64,000 nucleotides of DNA from the IMG/VR virus record IMGVR_UViG_3300032272_000002, positions 105,743 through 169,742 of that record; one strand, given 5' to 3'. Positions 55,300-63,989 of this stretch are shown here, piece after piece. How positions within the stretch are numbered: position 1 is the first letter of the stretch; the number at the start of each line of letters is the position of its first letter. Position numbers and translations under genes: made by a program. This DNA comes from a virus. Below the pieces are notes generated by a model, which saw only the letters and a program-made list of their open reading frames with translations, had not been told where the DNA came from and made no database searches.

Positions 55300-55785
55300 T
55301 TATCCAAAATTCTCAGGATGATGGTCATGTTTGCCATCGGGATAATTTACTCCACCGTGCTCATGATCTCCGTCAATACTGGTACCTTGCCCAATATCTG
55401 ACTTATGATGATGAGAACCATAACGGTTCTGGGGACCGTGTGTGTGAGCACCTCCAGCGGAACCGCCGGGGATATGTGTGTGCAGTCCAAGCGGATTCGA
55501 CTCGCTGTGGATATGGACACCATAATATAAAGCCTCTTCATCGGGAGTGGCAGGCGGTCGGCTCCAAACGGGGACTCCCTTAGGCTTTAGATGATGACTG
55601 TAAGGATCGTCGGCGGGCGTACCATTCTTATGATAACCCTCCTTATCATAGAGATCGCCCATATTTACAGGATCATCGCTCCCAGCGGCTCGCTGGAGTG
55701 CGTCACCAAAAGCATCTGCGTTAAGGCCGCGATTCTTGTCCCAATGAGGCGGATTAAGAATATCGTCTACTTTACGCTTTCCCAT
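55300..55785 (-). CDS. His-rich protein with repeated GxHxH motifs
   Basis: GVHIH, GLHTH, GAHTH, GSHHH, GDHEH and GKHDH. Confidence 0.75.
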   Translation of the reverse strand: MGKRKVDDILNPPHWDKNRGLNADAFGDALQRAAGSDDPVNMGDLYDKEGYHKNGTPADDPYSHHLKPKGVPVWSRPPATPDEEALYYGVHIHSESNPLGLHTHIPGGSAGGAHTHGPQNRYGSHHHKSDIGQGTSIDGDHEHGGVNYPDGKHDHHPENFG

Positions 55786-56105
55786 TATGCTACTCCTTCG
55801 GTGAACTCGCTACCGCTCGTGTCAATACCACGATCAGTTTCCTGTGTACGGCTCAGAACAGAACGAGCTACGCCCGTGTTCGTACCGTCCAAAAGACTGT
55901 CCGTCTCACGACTGACTGTTGCAGGAGCATTATATTTATTCGAGGTACCGATTCGCGTGCCGCCAGAAACAGTCACCTTCTCGTCACTACCATCACTATC
56001 CACATCAACCGCACGATCCGTCACACGTTGTGAGGAAGAACCAGAGGTTCTAATCTGCATAATGTTAATGTTGTTTTCAAAACCAGAATTAAGGTCTGTT
56101 GCCAT
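55785..56105 (-). CDS. Ser/Thr/Asp-rich small protein
   Basis: AGGGGAG Shine-Dalgarno before the ATG at 56105; TAATG coupling downstream. Confidence 0.7.
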   Translation of the reverse strand: MATDLNSGFENNINIMQIRTSGSSSQRVTDRAVDVDSDGSDEKVTVSGGTRIGTSNKYNAPATVSRETDSLLDGTNTGVARSVLSRTQETDRGIDTSGSEFTEGVA

Positions 56106-56118
56106 TATATTTTCTCCC

Positions 56119-56916
56119 CTAGTAAGGTTTCTTGTCCTTCTTGACCCGTGCCAGCAGCTCTGCACGGCGATCCTTTTCAGTACCAGCAGTTGCACCGCTC
56201 ATCATCATATGGCGTAGTACATCTTCTTGTAGGAAGCTAATAAGACCAGTAAATTCTTCACCGCTCATACCCTTCTTCAGAAGGCGACCGGCGAGGGCCA
56301 TGGCGATATCGATCTGCTCTTTTTGCTGACCAAGCATTTCAACAAGATTACTGGCGAAAGCGTGACGCTCTTCTTCGCTGGCTGCTGCCAATGAAGCTAG
56401 GCCAGCCTCGGTCAACATTGCAATGCTTGGACGCTTCTCTTGCGGAACGAACGTCTTGACTCTATCGTTAGGATTCTTAAGGTCAGAACGCTTAGTCTCA
56501 GGCCCGTCCTCTCCGTCAGAGAGAGCAACCACTTGCTCCACAGGTACCGGCACCTTTAGTTCAAGTTCCGGATGAGCGGCTGCAATTCCTTGATAGACCT
56601 CATAACGTAATTCATCAAGTGTGCCACGATACCAAGTAGGAGTGTCGCTAAGTTGCATAGCCCTGCTCATAGAAGCACGGGCCTGTGTTTCTGTAATGAC
56701 CGGAAAGTGATCCTTCTGGTCAAGTAGACGGCTTGATTGGTGTCCCGCGATAGTACCCTCGCGAGGAATGAATGTTTTCGCTTTAGGTTGAGCCGTAATG
56801 TCAACCGGGCGATGAGCGTCCGCACTAGGAGTATTGCTCGGTACGTCTACCGATTGCGGCTTCATGTCAGCTAGCGACATGTTCTCAAATACTTCGTCAT
56901 AATTTGCCATGGCCAT
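56119..56916 (-). CDS. hypothetical head-module protein
   Basis: 265 aa with an AAGGA Shine-Dalgarno, between portal and protease genes. Confidence 0.75.
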   Translation of the reverse strand: MAMANYDEVFENMSLADMKPQSVDVPSNTPSADAHRPVDITAQPKAKTFIPREGTIAGHQSSRLLDQKDHFPVITETQARASMSRAMQLSDTPTWYRGTLDELRYEVYQGIAAAHPELELKVPVPVEQVVALSDGEDGPETKRSDLKNPNDRVKTFVPQEKRPSIAMLTEAGLASLAAASEEERHAFASNLVEMLGQQKEQIDIAMALAGRLLKKGMSGEEFTGLISFLQEDVLRHMMMSGATAGTEKDRRAELLARVKKDKKPY

Positions 56917-56939
56917 GGTTCCTTTATTTTTAACTCTTC

Positions 56940-57002
56940 CTAGGTGTCCTTACTCGCGAGATGTTGAACACCTAAGGTTCTTACCGTCTTGGGAGAAGAC
57001 AT
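56940..57002 (-). CDS. possible 20-aa small ORF MSSPKTVRTLGVQHLASKDT
   Basis: GGAGA Shine-Dalgarno 8 nt upstream; directly behind promoter copy 6. Confidence 0.4.
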   Translation of the reverse strand: MSSPKTVRTLGVQHLASKDT

Positions 57003-57026
57003 AGTGATTTTCTCCACATGGAGGAT

Positions 57027-57034
57027 TACACTAA
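57027..57034 (-). promoter_or_regulatory. TTAGTGTA candidate late promoter (copy 6)
   Basis: TTAGTG-TAATCC at the end of the portal gene. Confidence 0.65.
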
Positions 57035-57041
57035 ATAATGT

Positions 57042-59396
57042 TCATGATTGCCTGTTGAGTCCAAGCTGATACCATAAATTGACGACGAAGCTCTCTCGAT
57101 GGAGACTTCCCGTAAGTTTTACTGTACTCGGCAATCTTGTCAGTATAAATAGTAAGCACATAGCCTTCACTCCATGTGCCGCATCCGACTGCAACATGGT
57201 TACAATAAAGTCATCCTTAAGAATGTCAGAGTCATGCTCAAGAGGCATATGACTAAAGACGTTATAGATTAAGTTCTCCAGTCTTTCTCTGTCATCCTTG
57301 CGAAGCTGCTTCACATGTTGAATGCGAGCATAGTCTGGATTAGCCTTAGCAATATTCTGTACAATTTTTTCATTACAGAAACCTTCAATCTGGTCAAGCC
57401 ACGTACGGGCACGAGAACCTAGCTGTTCACTCAGCTCCAAGATCTCTGCCACGTTCTGACCCTTCGGCCCACGCGGGGCAGACTGCTTGCCGGTCGGGCC
57501 AGTAGAAGTATTGCCAGGACGGCCATTCGGCTTGGCTGGCTTCTTAGCTCCAGGAGGACCACCAGGCTTAGCAACAGGATCCGGCTTTTCGAACGGACCC
57601 TTCCGCTCCATGATGCCGCCCTTCTTGACGAGATCTTTCTCTTCCTTCTTCTTGGCCTCTTGCATCTCTGTGCTGGTGCCGATTTCATCAAGCACATCAT
57701 CAGCAGAAAGAATGTTGCGGTCATATAGTGCAAGCAAGAACGTCTGGCGAGCTTTCTCATCCTTAAGTGTAGTGTGATCGAACTTGACATCAGGCAGCTT
57801 GCGGAAGCCCATCGCATCAGAGATGATCTTCAATTCTCCCATCAGCCAGTTCAACACTTCTTCCCTATACGATTCGAGCTTTTCAAGAACGCCCGCTACA
57901 GCAATGTAGGAGTTAGAGAAGTTACCGCCCTTACCACCCAAAAGTACATCGGGAACACCGAGAGCTTGAAGAATATCACGATCAGCCGACTCGTGCTTCT
58001 TGGGGTCAAAGATCCCGGCCACATCAGGTTGTAGTACTTCGCCGTCGATAAGGTCGTTCCAAATTACATAACCAACGTTCGCGGGCATTTGCAGCATATC
58101 AGCGAAACGTTCAAAGTGTTCGTCTTCTGCCGGGAAGCCTTCCTTCAGGTTACCAAGCTTGAAAAGATAAAGAGCATTCATAACGGACTGGCAAGCCTTA
58201 GCTTCCATGTTACGAAGACAGTCCTTAAAGGATAGTGCTCTCAAAGACGGGAATACAAAGGGTACGCCCCAAGCGAACCAATCGAACTTTCCGGGACGTT
58301 GTACGACAGATAGCTCTTCTTTACTGAGCTTGACTTCGGCGGCATATGCACCACCAGGGCCTTGATACTTACCTACGCGGCGGACAAACTCTTTCGGAAG
58401 GTTGACCTCAGTCTTGCCGATATCGACAAAGCTCTTCAGGCCCATACCGCGAGCTAGCTCTAGCGTATCTCTCTTGTCGAGAGCCATGGCCCAATAATTA
58501 TTACCCTGAACACGACTACCACGCACTTCCATCTGAAGCGGGTTCAAGAATGTGTAGCCCCACGGGATACGCTTCTTTTTGTTCTCAGGCTCATGCTCTT
58601 CTTTTGGAGAAAGAGGTGCGGCGTTCGCCGTCTTATTTTTAGACACTAACGATTCTTGTCTTGAGAGGAACCAGTCTACAAATCCATCATCGTTCTTGCC
58701 GACAGCCTTGTCGGTAGTCTTCAACTTCATAAACAGTTCATCGTTAATAACAATCGAGGCATCTGAACGCTTCATATTTCTCTTGTCTGCGTCGGACAGC
58801 TTGGCCCAACGACGATGGACAAAAGAGTTACCTGATACAAATAGGTTAATGAACATACTGTGAATACGTTCTTTTAAACATACTTTCTCAGCCCACGCCT
58901 TGTAGAAGTTACGCACACTCTTGTCGGTGTGGTAAATATCAATACCCTCTGTGGCGAAGTCGGCGTATAGATCAATGATGTTTTGGACTACTCCGTAGCC
59001 CAGATATGCCATCGTACACATCGCGATGACCTGATGGTTCCAGGCGTCATTGCTAGAGAATCTTTTAACATACTGGAATCCGCCAGCCCCGCCTTGTGAC
59101 TGGACGCTGGAGAACATGCGATCTACGCCATTCAGTAGGCCCGTTCCATAGTAGTTACCTGGCCCAGAAGAGGAGTAGGAGCTACCAGCACCAAAGGATC
59201 CCTGGAGACCATCGTAGCCGCCGCCGAGCATTCCGCCACCACCCTCGGGCAGACGACGCTCGACGCTATCGCCAAGATTTCCATAAAAATAACCCTGGGC
59301 TTTATCCTGAGAGTTCGCACGGGCATTGGCTCTCATCATAGTAGACGGATCAGCCGCTTTCGGTGACGAACCTTGAGTTTTGTTCTTGTGAGGCAT
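57042..59396 (-). CDS. portal protein (C-terminus possibly frameshifted)
   Basis: Follows terL; VQNIIDLYADF..EG, IPWGYTFLNP, PF....L..L..K, I..ALGVP..L.GG...NFSN, LYDRNILS. Confidence 0.85.
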   Translation of the reverse strand: MPHKNKTQGSSPKAADPSTMMRANARANSQDKAQGYFYGNLGDSVERRLPEGGGGMLGGGYDGLQGSFGAGSSYSSSGPGNYYGTGLLNGVDRMFSSVQSQGGAGGFQYVKRFSSNDAWNHQVIAMCTMAYLGYGVVQNIIDLYADFATEGIDIYHTDKSVRNFYKAWAEKVCLKERIHSMFINLFVSGNSFVHRRWAKLSDADKRNMKRSDASIVINDELFMKLKTTDKAVGKNDDGFVDWFLSRQESLVSKNKTANAAPLSPKEEHEPENKKKRIPWGYTFLNPLQMEVRGSRVQGNNYWAMALDKRDTLELARGMGLKSFVDIGKTEVNLPKEFVRRVGKYQGPGGAYAAEVKLSKEELSVVQRPGKFDWFAWGVPFVFPSLRALSFKDCLRNMEAKACQSVMNALYLFKLGNLKEGFPAEDEHFERFADMLQMPANVGYVIWNDLIDGEVLQPDVAGIFDPKKHESADRDILQALGVPDVLLGGKGGNFSNSYIAVAGVLEKLESYREEVLNWLMGELKIISDAMGFRKLPDVKFDHTTLKDEKARQTFLLALYDRNILSADDVLDEIGTSTEMQEAKKKEEKDLVKKGGIMERKGPFEKPDPVAKPGGPPGAKKPAKPNGRPGNTSTGPTGKQSAPRGPKGQNVAEILELSEQLGSRARTWLDQIEGFCNEKIVQNIAKANPDYARIQHVKQLRKDDRERLENLIYNVFSHMPLEHDSDILKDDFIVTMLQSDAAHGVKAMCLLFILTRLPSTVKLTGSLHRESFVVNLWYQLGLNRQS

Positions 59397-59453
59397 ATTT
59401 TGACCTTATATTTTACTTAGAGGACAGCGACCAGATTGCAATCCAGTTACCAA

Positions 59454-59461
59454 TACACTAA
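59454..59461 (-). promoter_or_regulatory. TTAGTGTA candidate late promoter (copy 7)
   Basis: TTAGTG-TATTGG upstream of the portal gene; its TAG is the terL stop codon. Confidence 0.65.
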
Positions 59462-61494
59462 GCATTGGGGTTGTACCATGCAGCACCACCCCTTTTCTGA
59501 ATTCCTTTAGCATTACGTCTAATGCCTGGACCTTCCCCGCCTGGGATACCTGCCTGCGGGCGATGACCGTGGCCAAGATAAACCTTAGCGGCATAATTGG
59601 CCAGCATCAATGCAGACCAACGGTCACGACGACGCATGTCAAGTCCTTCGGGCTGTTCGGACAGCTTGGGTAATTCAAATCGCTCATTACCTGTTGGCGT
59701 GACATCACGCACGATAGCACAGGTCTCATTGATACATTCGTCAATATGTTGCATTACGCCAAGCTTGGGCTTACCGTTGACTAGATCAGCTTCCCAATCA
59801 TCAACACCCCACAGGTCTTCCTGTAGTTTAATCTTGGCGGAATCTGCCAACTTGTCAATGACAAAGTGACGCATATATTGGTGATACCCCTCTTCTGCAA
59901 CTGCTTTATACGGAAACATCAAATTACACTGCTCAATCGACGAGGCCAGGGCGTGGGCGGCGTTGGTTGACCAGGCAGTAAAGTTAACCATCTCAAGAAT
60001 CTTGCGACCCGGAGCACCGAGGTCACTCTTCTCTCCGTACTTGGGGATCTGGTCTGGGATAACCCAGATAAGATCTTTCTCTGCTACGTCTTCCTGTTTT
60101 TTACAGAGCCACTCATATACAGCATCACCACCACCGCCTTGGTCCATCGCGATGTACTGGATATTAAATCGTGTACACACTTCTCTCAGCTTCTTGGCGG
60201 TAACATTATACTGTGTCTTCTCCCAAGCATCACAGTAGACTAACTCCTTACCACGATCTGTTAATTTTAGAACAACAACAGCAATATTGTCATTGTGGCG
60301 AGCAGGGTCAACGCCCATAACATATGAGGCTCGCGGATCACCATACAGTTCTACGTGAACGGGGGCACTACCCCATTTGTCACGAGGAGTAGCACGCTCA
60401 ATCCATGAGCGACGAATGAAACCATTGGAATCATCCGGAAACTTAGCCTCATACTCCATCTCGAAGCGATACTTCGGAAATGATGCACGGTCAGAACGAA
60501 TCTGGTCTTCATCAAGGAAGCCTTCGGGGATACCTTGATATGGTAATTGATAGATAGAGTACTGTCCCCAGATACGAGACATAGACTCCACGTCTCGCTT
60601 GTCAATTGTATCTACACGACCAGTGGTCTGGAGAGCACGCTCTTCTAGTGCTCTCTTGATCTTGATAGGGTCTCCACCAGACTCAATGAACATCTTGTAA
60701 ACGCAATAACGTTTGTAGAAGTGATTCTGTTTGTGAGACGGCGTACCAGATAGGATAATCTGGTTACCAAAGCCCTGAGAGTGTCGGATCAAATCCGTCA
60801 GCTTCTTACCAGCACCAAGATCTTGAAGACGCTTGGCGAACTTCATAATCTCAGCACGTTCAGCAGGGTTAGCGTGTACAGCCGTGAAAGGAGCGATAAC
60901 GATATCGAAGATCTCTTCGGGGATAGACGCAAACTCGTCAGCGATCAGTACGGTAGCACGAAGACCACGAATCTTCTCACCATCACCAATGGGGATGGCC
61001 GTGATAGTTGACAGACCCATCTGAAGGGTCGCCGCATCAGAGCCATACTTGGGTCGTTCGGCACTGCCAACAGCTTCCTGGATAAGTGGAGAAGCATTGT
61101 ACAGTTCTTCAATGTATTTGAAGACAAGCTTCGCCTGACGGAAACCAGCACCTACAATAACGATCTTTGAGCCGGGTACTAGAATAGCTTTCAATACGCA
61201 GTATAGTCCCAGCATGAAAGTCTTGCCAGCACCACGAGATGCCAAAATCATCGGGAACTTCTTAGTCCACAAGCTATCAAGCATAACCATTTGGAACGGC
61301 TGTAGCTTAAGCGGCTTACCTTGCTTATTTCTAAAACACTTCTCTACAAACCAAGCAAGCGAAAACTGTGCTCCGTGATATACACTTTCTAGAGGGCCAG
61401 TATCGTCAAAGACATTATATACATCTTCACTATTAAAGTCCGTATGCCAGTATGTTCCACGAATCCTGCGAATTGTTTGGGCATTAAGCACCAT
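59458..61494 (-). CDS. terL: terminase large subunit
   Basis: LQPFQ, Walker A SRGAGKT, Walker B LIADEF, ILSGT, FEMEY.A.F, nuclease MGVDPA and DRWSAL. Confidence 0.93.
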   Translation of the reverse strand: MVLNAQTIRRIRGTYWHTDFNSEDVYNVFDDTGPLESVYHGAQFSLAWFVEKCFRNKQGKPLKLQPFQMVMLDSLWTKKFPMILASRGAGKTFMLGLYCVLKAILVPGSKIVIVGAGFRQAKLVFKYIEELYNASPLIQEAVGSAERPKYGSDAATLQMGLSTITAIPIGDGEKIRGLRATVLIADEFASIPEEIFDIVIAPFTAVHANPAERAEIMKFAKRLQDLGAGKKLTDLIRHSQGFGNQIILSGTPSHKQNHFYKRYCVYKMFIESGGDPIKIKRALEERALQTTGRVDTIDKRDVESMSRIWGQYSIYQLPYQGIPEGFLDEDQIRSDRASFPKYRFEMEYEAKFPDDSNGFIRRSWIERATPRDKWGSAPVHVELYGDPRASYVMGVDPARHNDNIAVVVLKLTDRGKELVYCDAWEKTQYNVTAKKLREVCTRFNIQYIAMDQGGGGDAVYEWLCKKQEDVAEKDLIWVIPDQIPKYGEKSDLGAPGRKILEMVNFTAWSTNAAHALASSIEQCNLMFPYKAVAEEGYHQYMRHFVIDKLADSAKIKLQEDLWGVDDWEADLVNGKPKLGVMQHIDECINETCAIVRDVTPTGNERFELPKLSEQPEGLDMRRRDRWSALMLANYAAKVYLGHGHRPQAGIPGGEGPGIRRNAKGIQKRGGAAWYNPNA

Positions 61495-61996
61495 CGATTA
61501 GACCCTTCCTGTGTAGTTCGTATACAGCAAGCAGAATACCTTTTGCCAGGTTCTGTGCTCTTGATCCAGCGAAAATGACATGAATACCATGCTCAAGCAT
61601 CAGCGTCGTGAGATTTGAGATTACGATAGCAATAGGCATACGCGGGCTAGGCGGTCTCTTCCGTCTGTTCTTTAACTTGTTAATGTAATATGATTTTGGA
61701 TCCATTAACGTTTCAAGATCTTGTTCAATGATAATGAACTTGAACGGATAGTCCTTCATGCGATCCATCTCGGCATAGATACGATTCTTGCCGGTCTTGG
61801 TCATGAAGTTATTTAATAACTCATCAGCAGATGCCTTCCGCTCAATAGTTACGATCTCCTCAAGCCCCTCAAGGGAGTAATCCCCCGCATCCAATTTGCG
61901 GGAGATCACTTCCTCAAAAGCTTCATCACCGTCGAAGTCCCAAGGAGTTTTCTCCCTGGTATCAACAATGATCTTAGGCTTAGTCTTCTTGGGCAT
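61484..61996 (-). CDS. ERCC4/XPF-family nuclease
   Basis: IIVDTREK.P, LDAGDYS and IERK motifs. Confidence 0.85.
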   Translation of the reverse strand: MPKKTKPKIIVDTREKTPWDFDGDEAFEEVISRKLDAGDYSLEGLEEIVTIERKASADELLNNFMTKTGKNRIYAEMDRMKDYPFKFIIIEQDLETLMDPKSYYINKLKNRRKRPPSPRMPIAIVISNLTTLMLEHGIHVIFAGSRAQNLAKGILLAVYELHRKGLIDGA

Positions 61997-62258
61997 CTAG
62001 GATATCCTCTAAGGTATCCTCGTCATCCTCATCTACCGCAACATCTGCAAGCATGTCGCGTAGAACGGGATCAATATCTTCAACCACCTCTTTTACTTCA
62101 GCAGTAAGTTTGGCATCACCTTCTTCTAGCAGAAGATGCAAGTCAAAAACAGTACGCCCGTCATCTAGTTGGAACACGCGGGTTTTACCTTGTCCCCACC
62201 ATCCCTGAACTTTGGCCGTCTTGCCATCAATTGTTACTCTGTCACCTTTTTTAACCAT
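61980..62258 (-). CDS. small hypothetical protein (beta-barrel-like N-terminus, acidic tail)
   Basis: AGGAGG Shine-Dalgarno; KKGDRVTIDG. Confidence 0.7.
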   Translation of the reverse strand: MVKKGDRVTIDGKTAKVQGWWGQGKTRVFQLDDGRTVFDLHLLLEEGDAKLTAEVKEVVEDIDPVLRDMLADVAVDEDDEDTLEDILDAQED

Positions 62259-62260
62259 GG

Positions 62261-63070
62261 TTAACCTCCTTTGGTTGGGCTTTGCCCAATGTGATAATAA
62301 AGCTCTTCTCCGATATGAGCGGTCGCTGCATCAGTAGCAGCAATACGCTGTTGCATCACGGTCTCTCCGTGACGTGGGTCATATCCAACGGGGGCTTCCG
62401 GTAGAGGACCGACTGTTCTCCAAAGCTGCTTCCTAGTCAGATTTGGATTGTGATTATAACCGTTGGGAAACTCAGAGATCCAATAGCGATGTCCGCTCTT
62501 GGTGTGCTCTTCCCACTTACCAATTCCAGCTTTGGCTAGAGCGTCGTCGCTACAAGACCATGGGCTGTATTCTGCTTTACCTAGACCCCAATTTTCTTTA
62601 GGATCATAGATTGCTCTCATTTGAATGATACCAACGTCATCACGCTCTTCAAAGATCTCTTTAGCCGTACCAAAGAAATTGAAATGAGGAATGACGTTTA
62701 GCCAATCGTTTTCGTGAACCATGCAATATTCACCACGCGATAAAGACCATAGCTGATTTAGGCCGTTATTAATACCATAGTTTGTTTGACGTACAACTAC
62801 TTTTCGCTCCAGCTCTAAATCCATGAAATACTGATATGTCCTGTCGCATTTGCCCTGCTCCAGAAACACCCACTCAATTTCGCCAGCGTACCGCTCTGCG
62901 GCCTGCAAAGTAGAATCAAGCGAACGGATAGTGTTCTCGGGACGCCCGCAGGAGAGAACAAGGACCGATATTAGCCCAGGCTCGCAATGCGTGTCGTATT
63001 CCTTGTAAGCCTGCTTGGTATAATCCCAGCGAGACTGTCCGTTTTTAAGATGGCGAGACGATGAAGTCAT
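62261..63070 (-). CDS. GT-A (GT2-like) glycosyltransferase
   Basis: ISVLVLSCGRP, NYGINNGLN, RGEYCMVHENDW and YHIG. Confidence 0.8.
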   Translation of the reverse strand: MTSSSRHLKNGQSRWDYTKQAYKEYDTHCEPGLISVLVLSCGRPENTIRSLDSTLQAAERYAGEIEWVFLEQGKCDRTYQYFMDLELERKVVVRQTNYGINNGLNQLWSLSRGEYCMVHENDWLNVIPHFNFFGTAKEIFEERDDVGIIQMRAIYDPKENWGLGKAEYSPWSCSDDALAKAGIGKWEEHTKSGHRYWISEFPNGYNHNPNLTRKQLWRTVGPLPEAPVGYDPRHGETVMQQRIAATDAATAHIGEELYYHIGQSPTKGG

Positions 63071-63989
63071 TTTTTAATTTGTTAATAAGGTCCATAAGAT
63101 TATCAACGCGGTTAGCCACAGTATGATAGTTATGTACCTTAGCGTGACCGTTAGCAGCAATTCTTTCACGTTCTTCCACATGTTCAGTATAATATTTAAT
63201 CTTATTGATGGCGTCTTGTGCATTATCGTAGTACACTATATCTTCTCCATCAATAAACAGTTCTTCAATGCGGGTCTCCTCAGGTAGCCTGTCAGTGATG
63301 ACCATTCGCCCCACTGCCATCCCTTCAAATACCCGTCTCGTAGTCTCACCAAATTGGGAGCACTGGAAAACCATCTTGCCCATCAGTAGACGCTTGGCGT
63401 GGTCTTCACCGAAGAAGTATCGTTCGTTATTGAATCGCTCACCAAGAGCAGCGGCGATCTGAGCCGTGACCTTTCGTCCACCACAGGTAGACACACAGTC
63501 GTATACAGCTTCCACATCATAGTCTGGATGGAAGATGCGATGATCGGCCCAGTGATTCATCCATTCAGCCCTGTGGCCTAAGTGATTGAACATGTCAACC
63601 GAAGGCGAATCGGGCGTTACAATAGCATCAAACTTAGGTGCCTTAGCCGCGTGCATACGGAAACTCTGAGGCGTATCGCCAGCCTCCAAGATAAAGGGCA
63701 CATCGGGAAAGTACTTGGTATCCATTCCGCCATAATCAAATGGGCCATAGTCCATAACCACTACAGCATCAGGACGATATCCTGTCTGGTAGTCTTGATT
63801 GAACTTATTGAAACAGTCCCCCGAATATGTACGTACATTGCGTCCAGGCAAAATTTGCCCATCGTCATGATACAGGTTATAATGATTTACGGAGATACCT
63901 CGTGACTCTAGTTCCCACTTGACACCAAGAGGTGTGCTCCACGGCTCACCATAGTTTTCCCAGCTAGCATAAAATAGTGCGATCTTCAT
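63045..63989 (-). CDS. GT-B glycosyltransferase (Glyco_trans_1_2/CgeB-like)
   Basis: RVFEGMAVGRMVITD, LFIDGEDIVYY, ERERIAANG...V..YHT..NR. Confidence 0.85.
   Translation of the reverse strand: MKIALFYASWENYGEPWSTPLGVKWELESRGISVNHYNLYHDDGQILPGRNVRTYSGDCFNKFNQDYQTGYRPDAVVVMDYGPFDYGGMDTKYFPDVPFILEAGDTPQSFRMHAAKAPKFDAIVTPDSPSVDMFNHLGHRAEWMNHWADHRIFHPDYDVEAVYDCVSTCGGRKVTAQIAAALGERFNNERYFFGEDHAKRLLMGKMVFQCSQFGETTRRVFEGMAVGRMVITDRLPEETRIEELFIDGEDIVYYDNAQDAINKIKYYTEHVEERERIAANGHAKVHNYHTVANRVDNLMDLINKLKNDFIVSPS

Noticed and set aside
33290-56030. TDRAV peptide shared by the 61-aa, 106-aa and 1115-aa proteins
   Set aside because: Five residues with unrelated flanks; could be chance.
59406-59594. 62-aa minus-strand ORF overlapping the terL end
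   Set aside because: Mostly nested in terL, crosses the promoter motif, and has no clear Shine-Dalgarno.
51-63905. Numerous plus-strand ORFs of 60-266 aa in the ORF track
   Set aside because: All lie antisense to well-supported minus-strand genes and have no recognisable motifs; treated as shadow ORFs.
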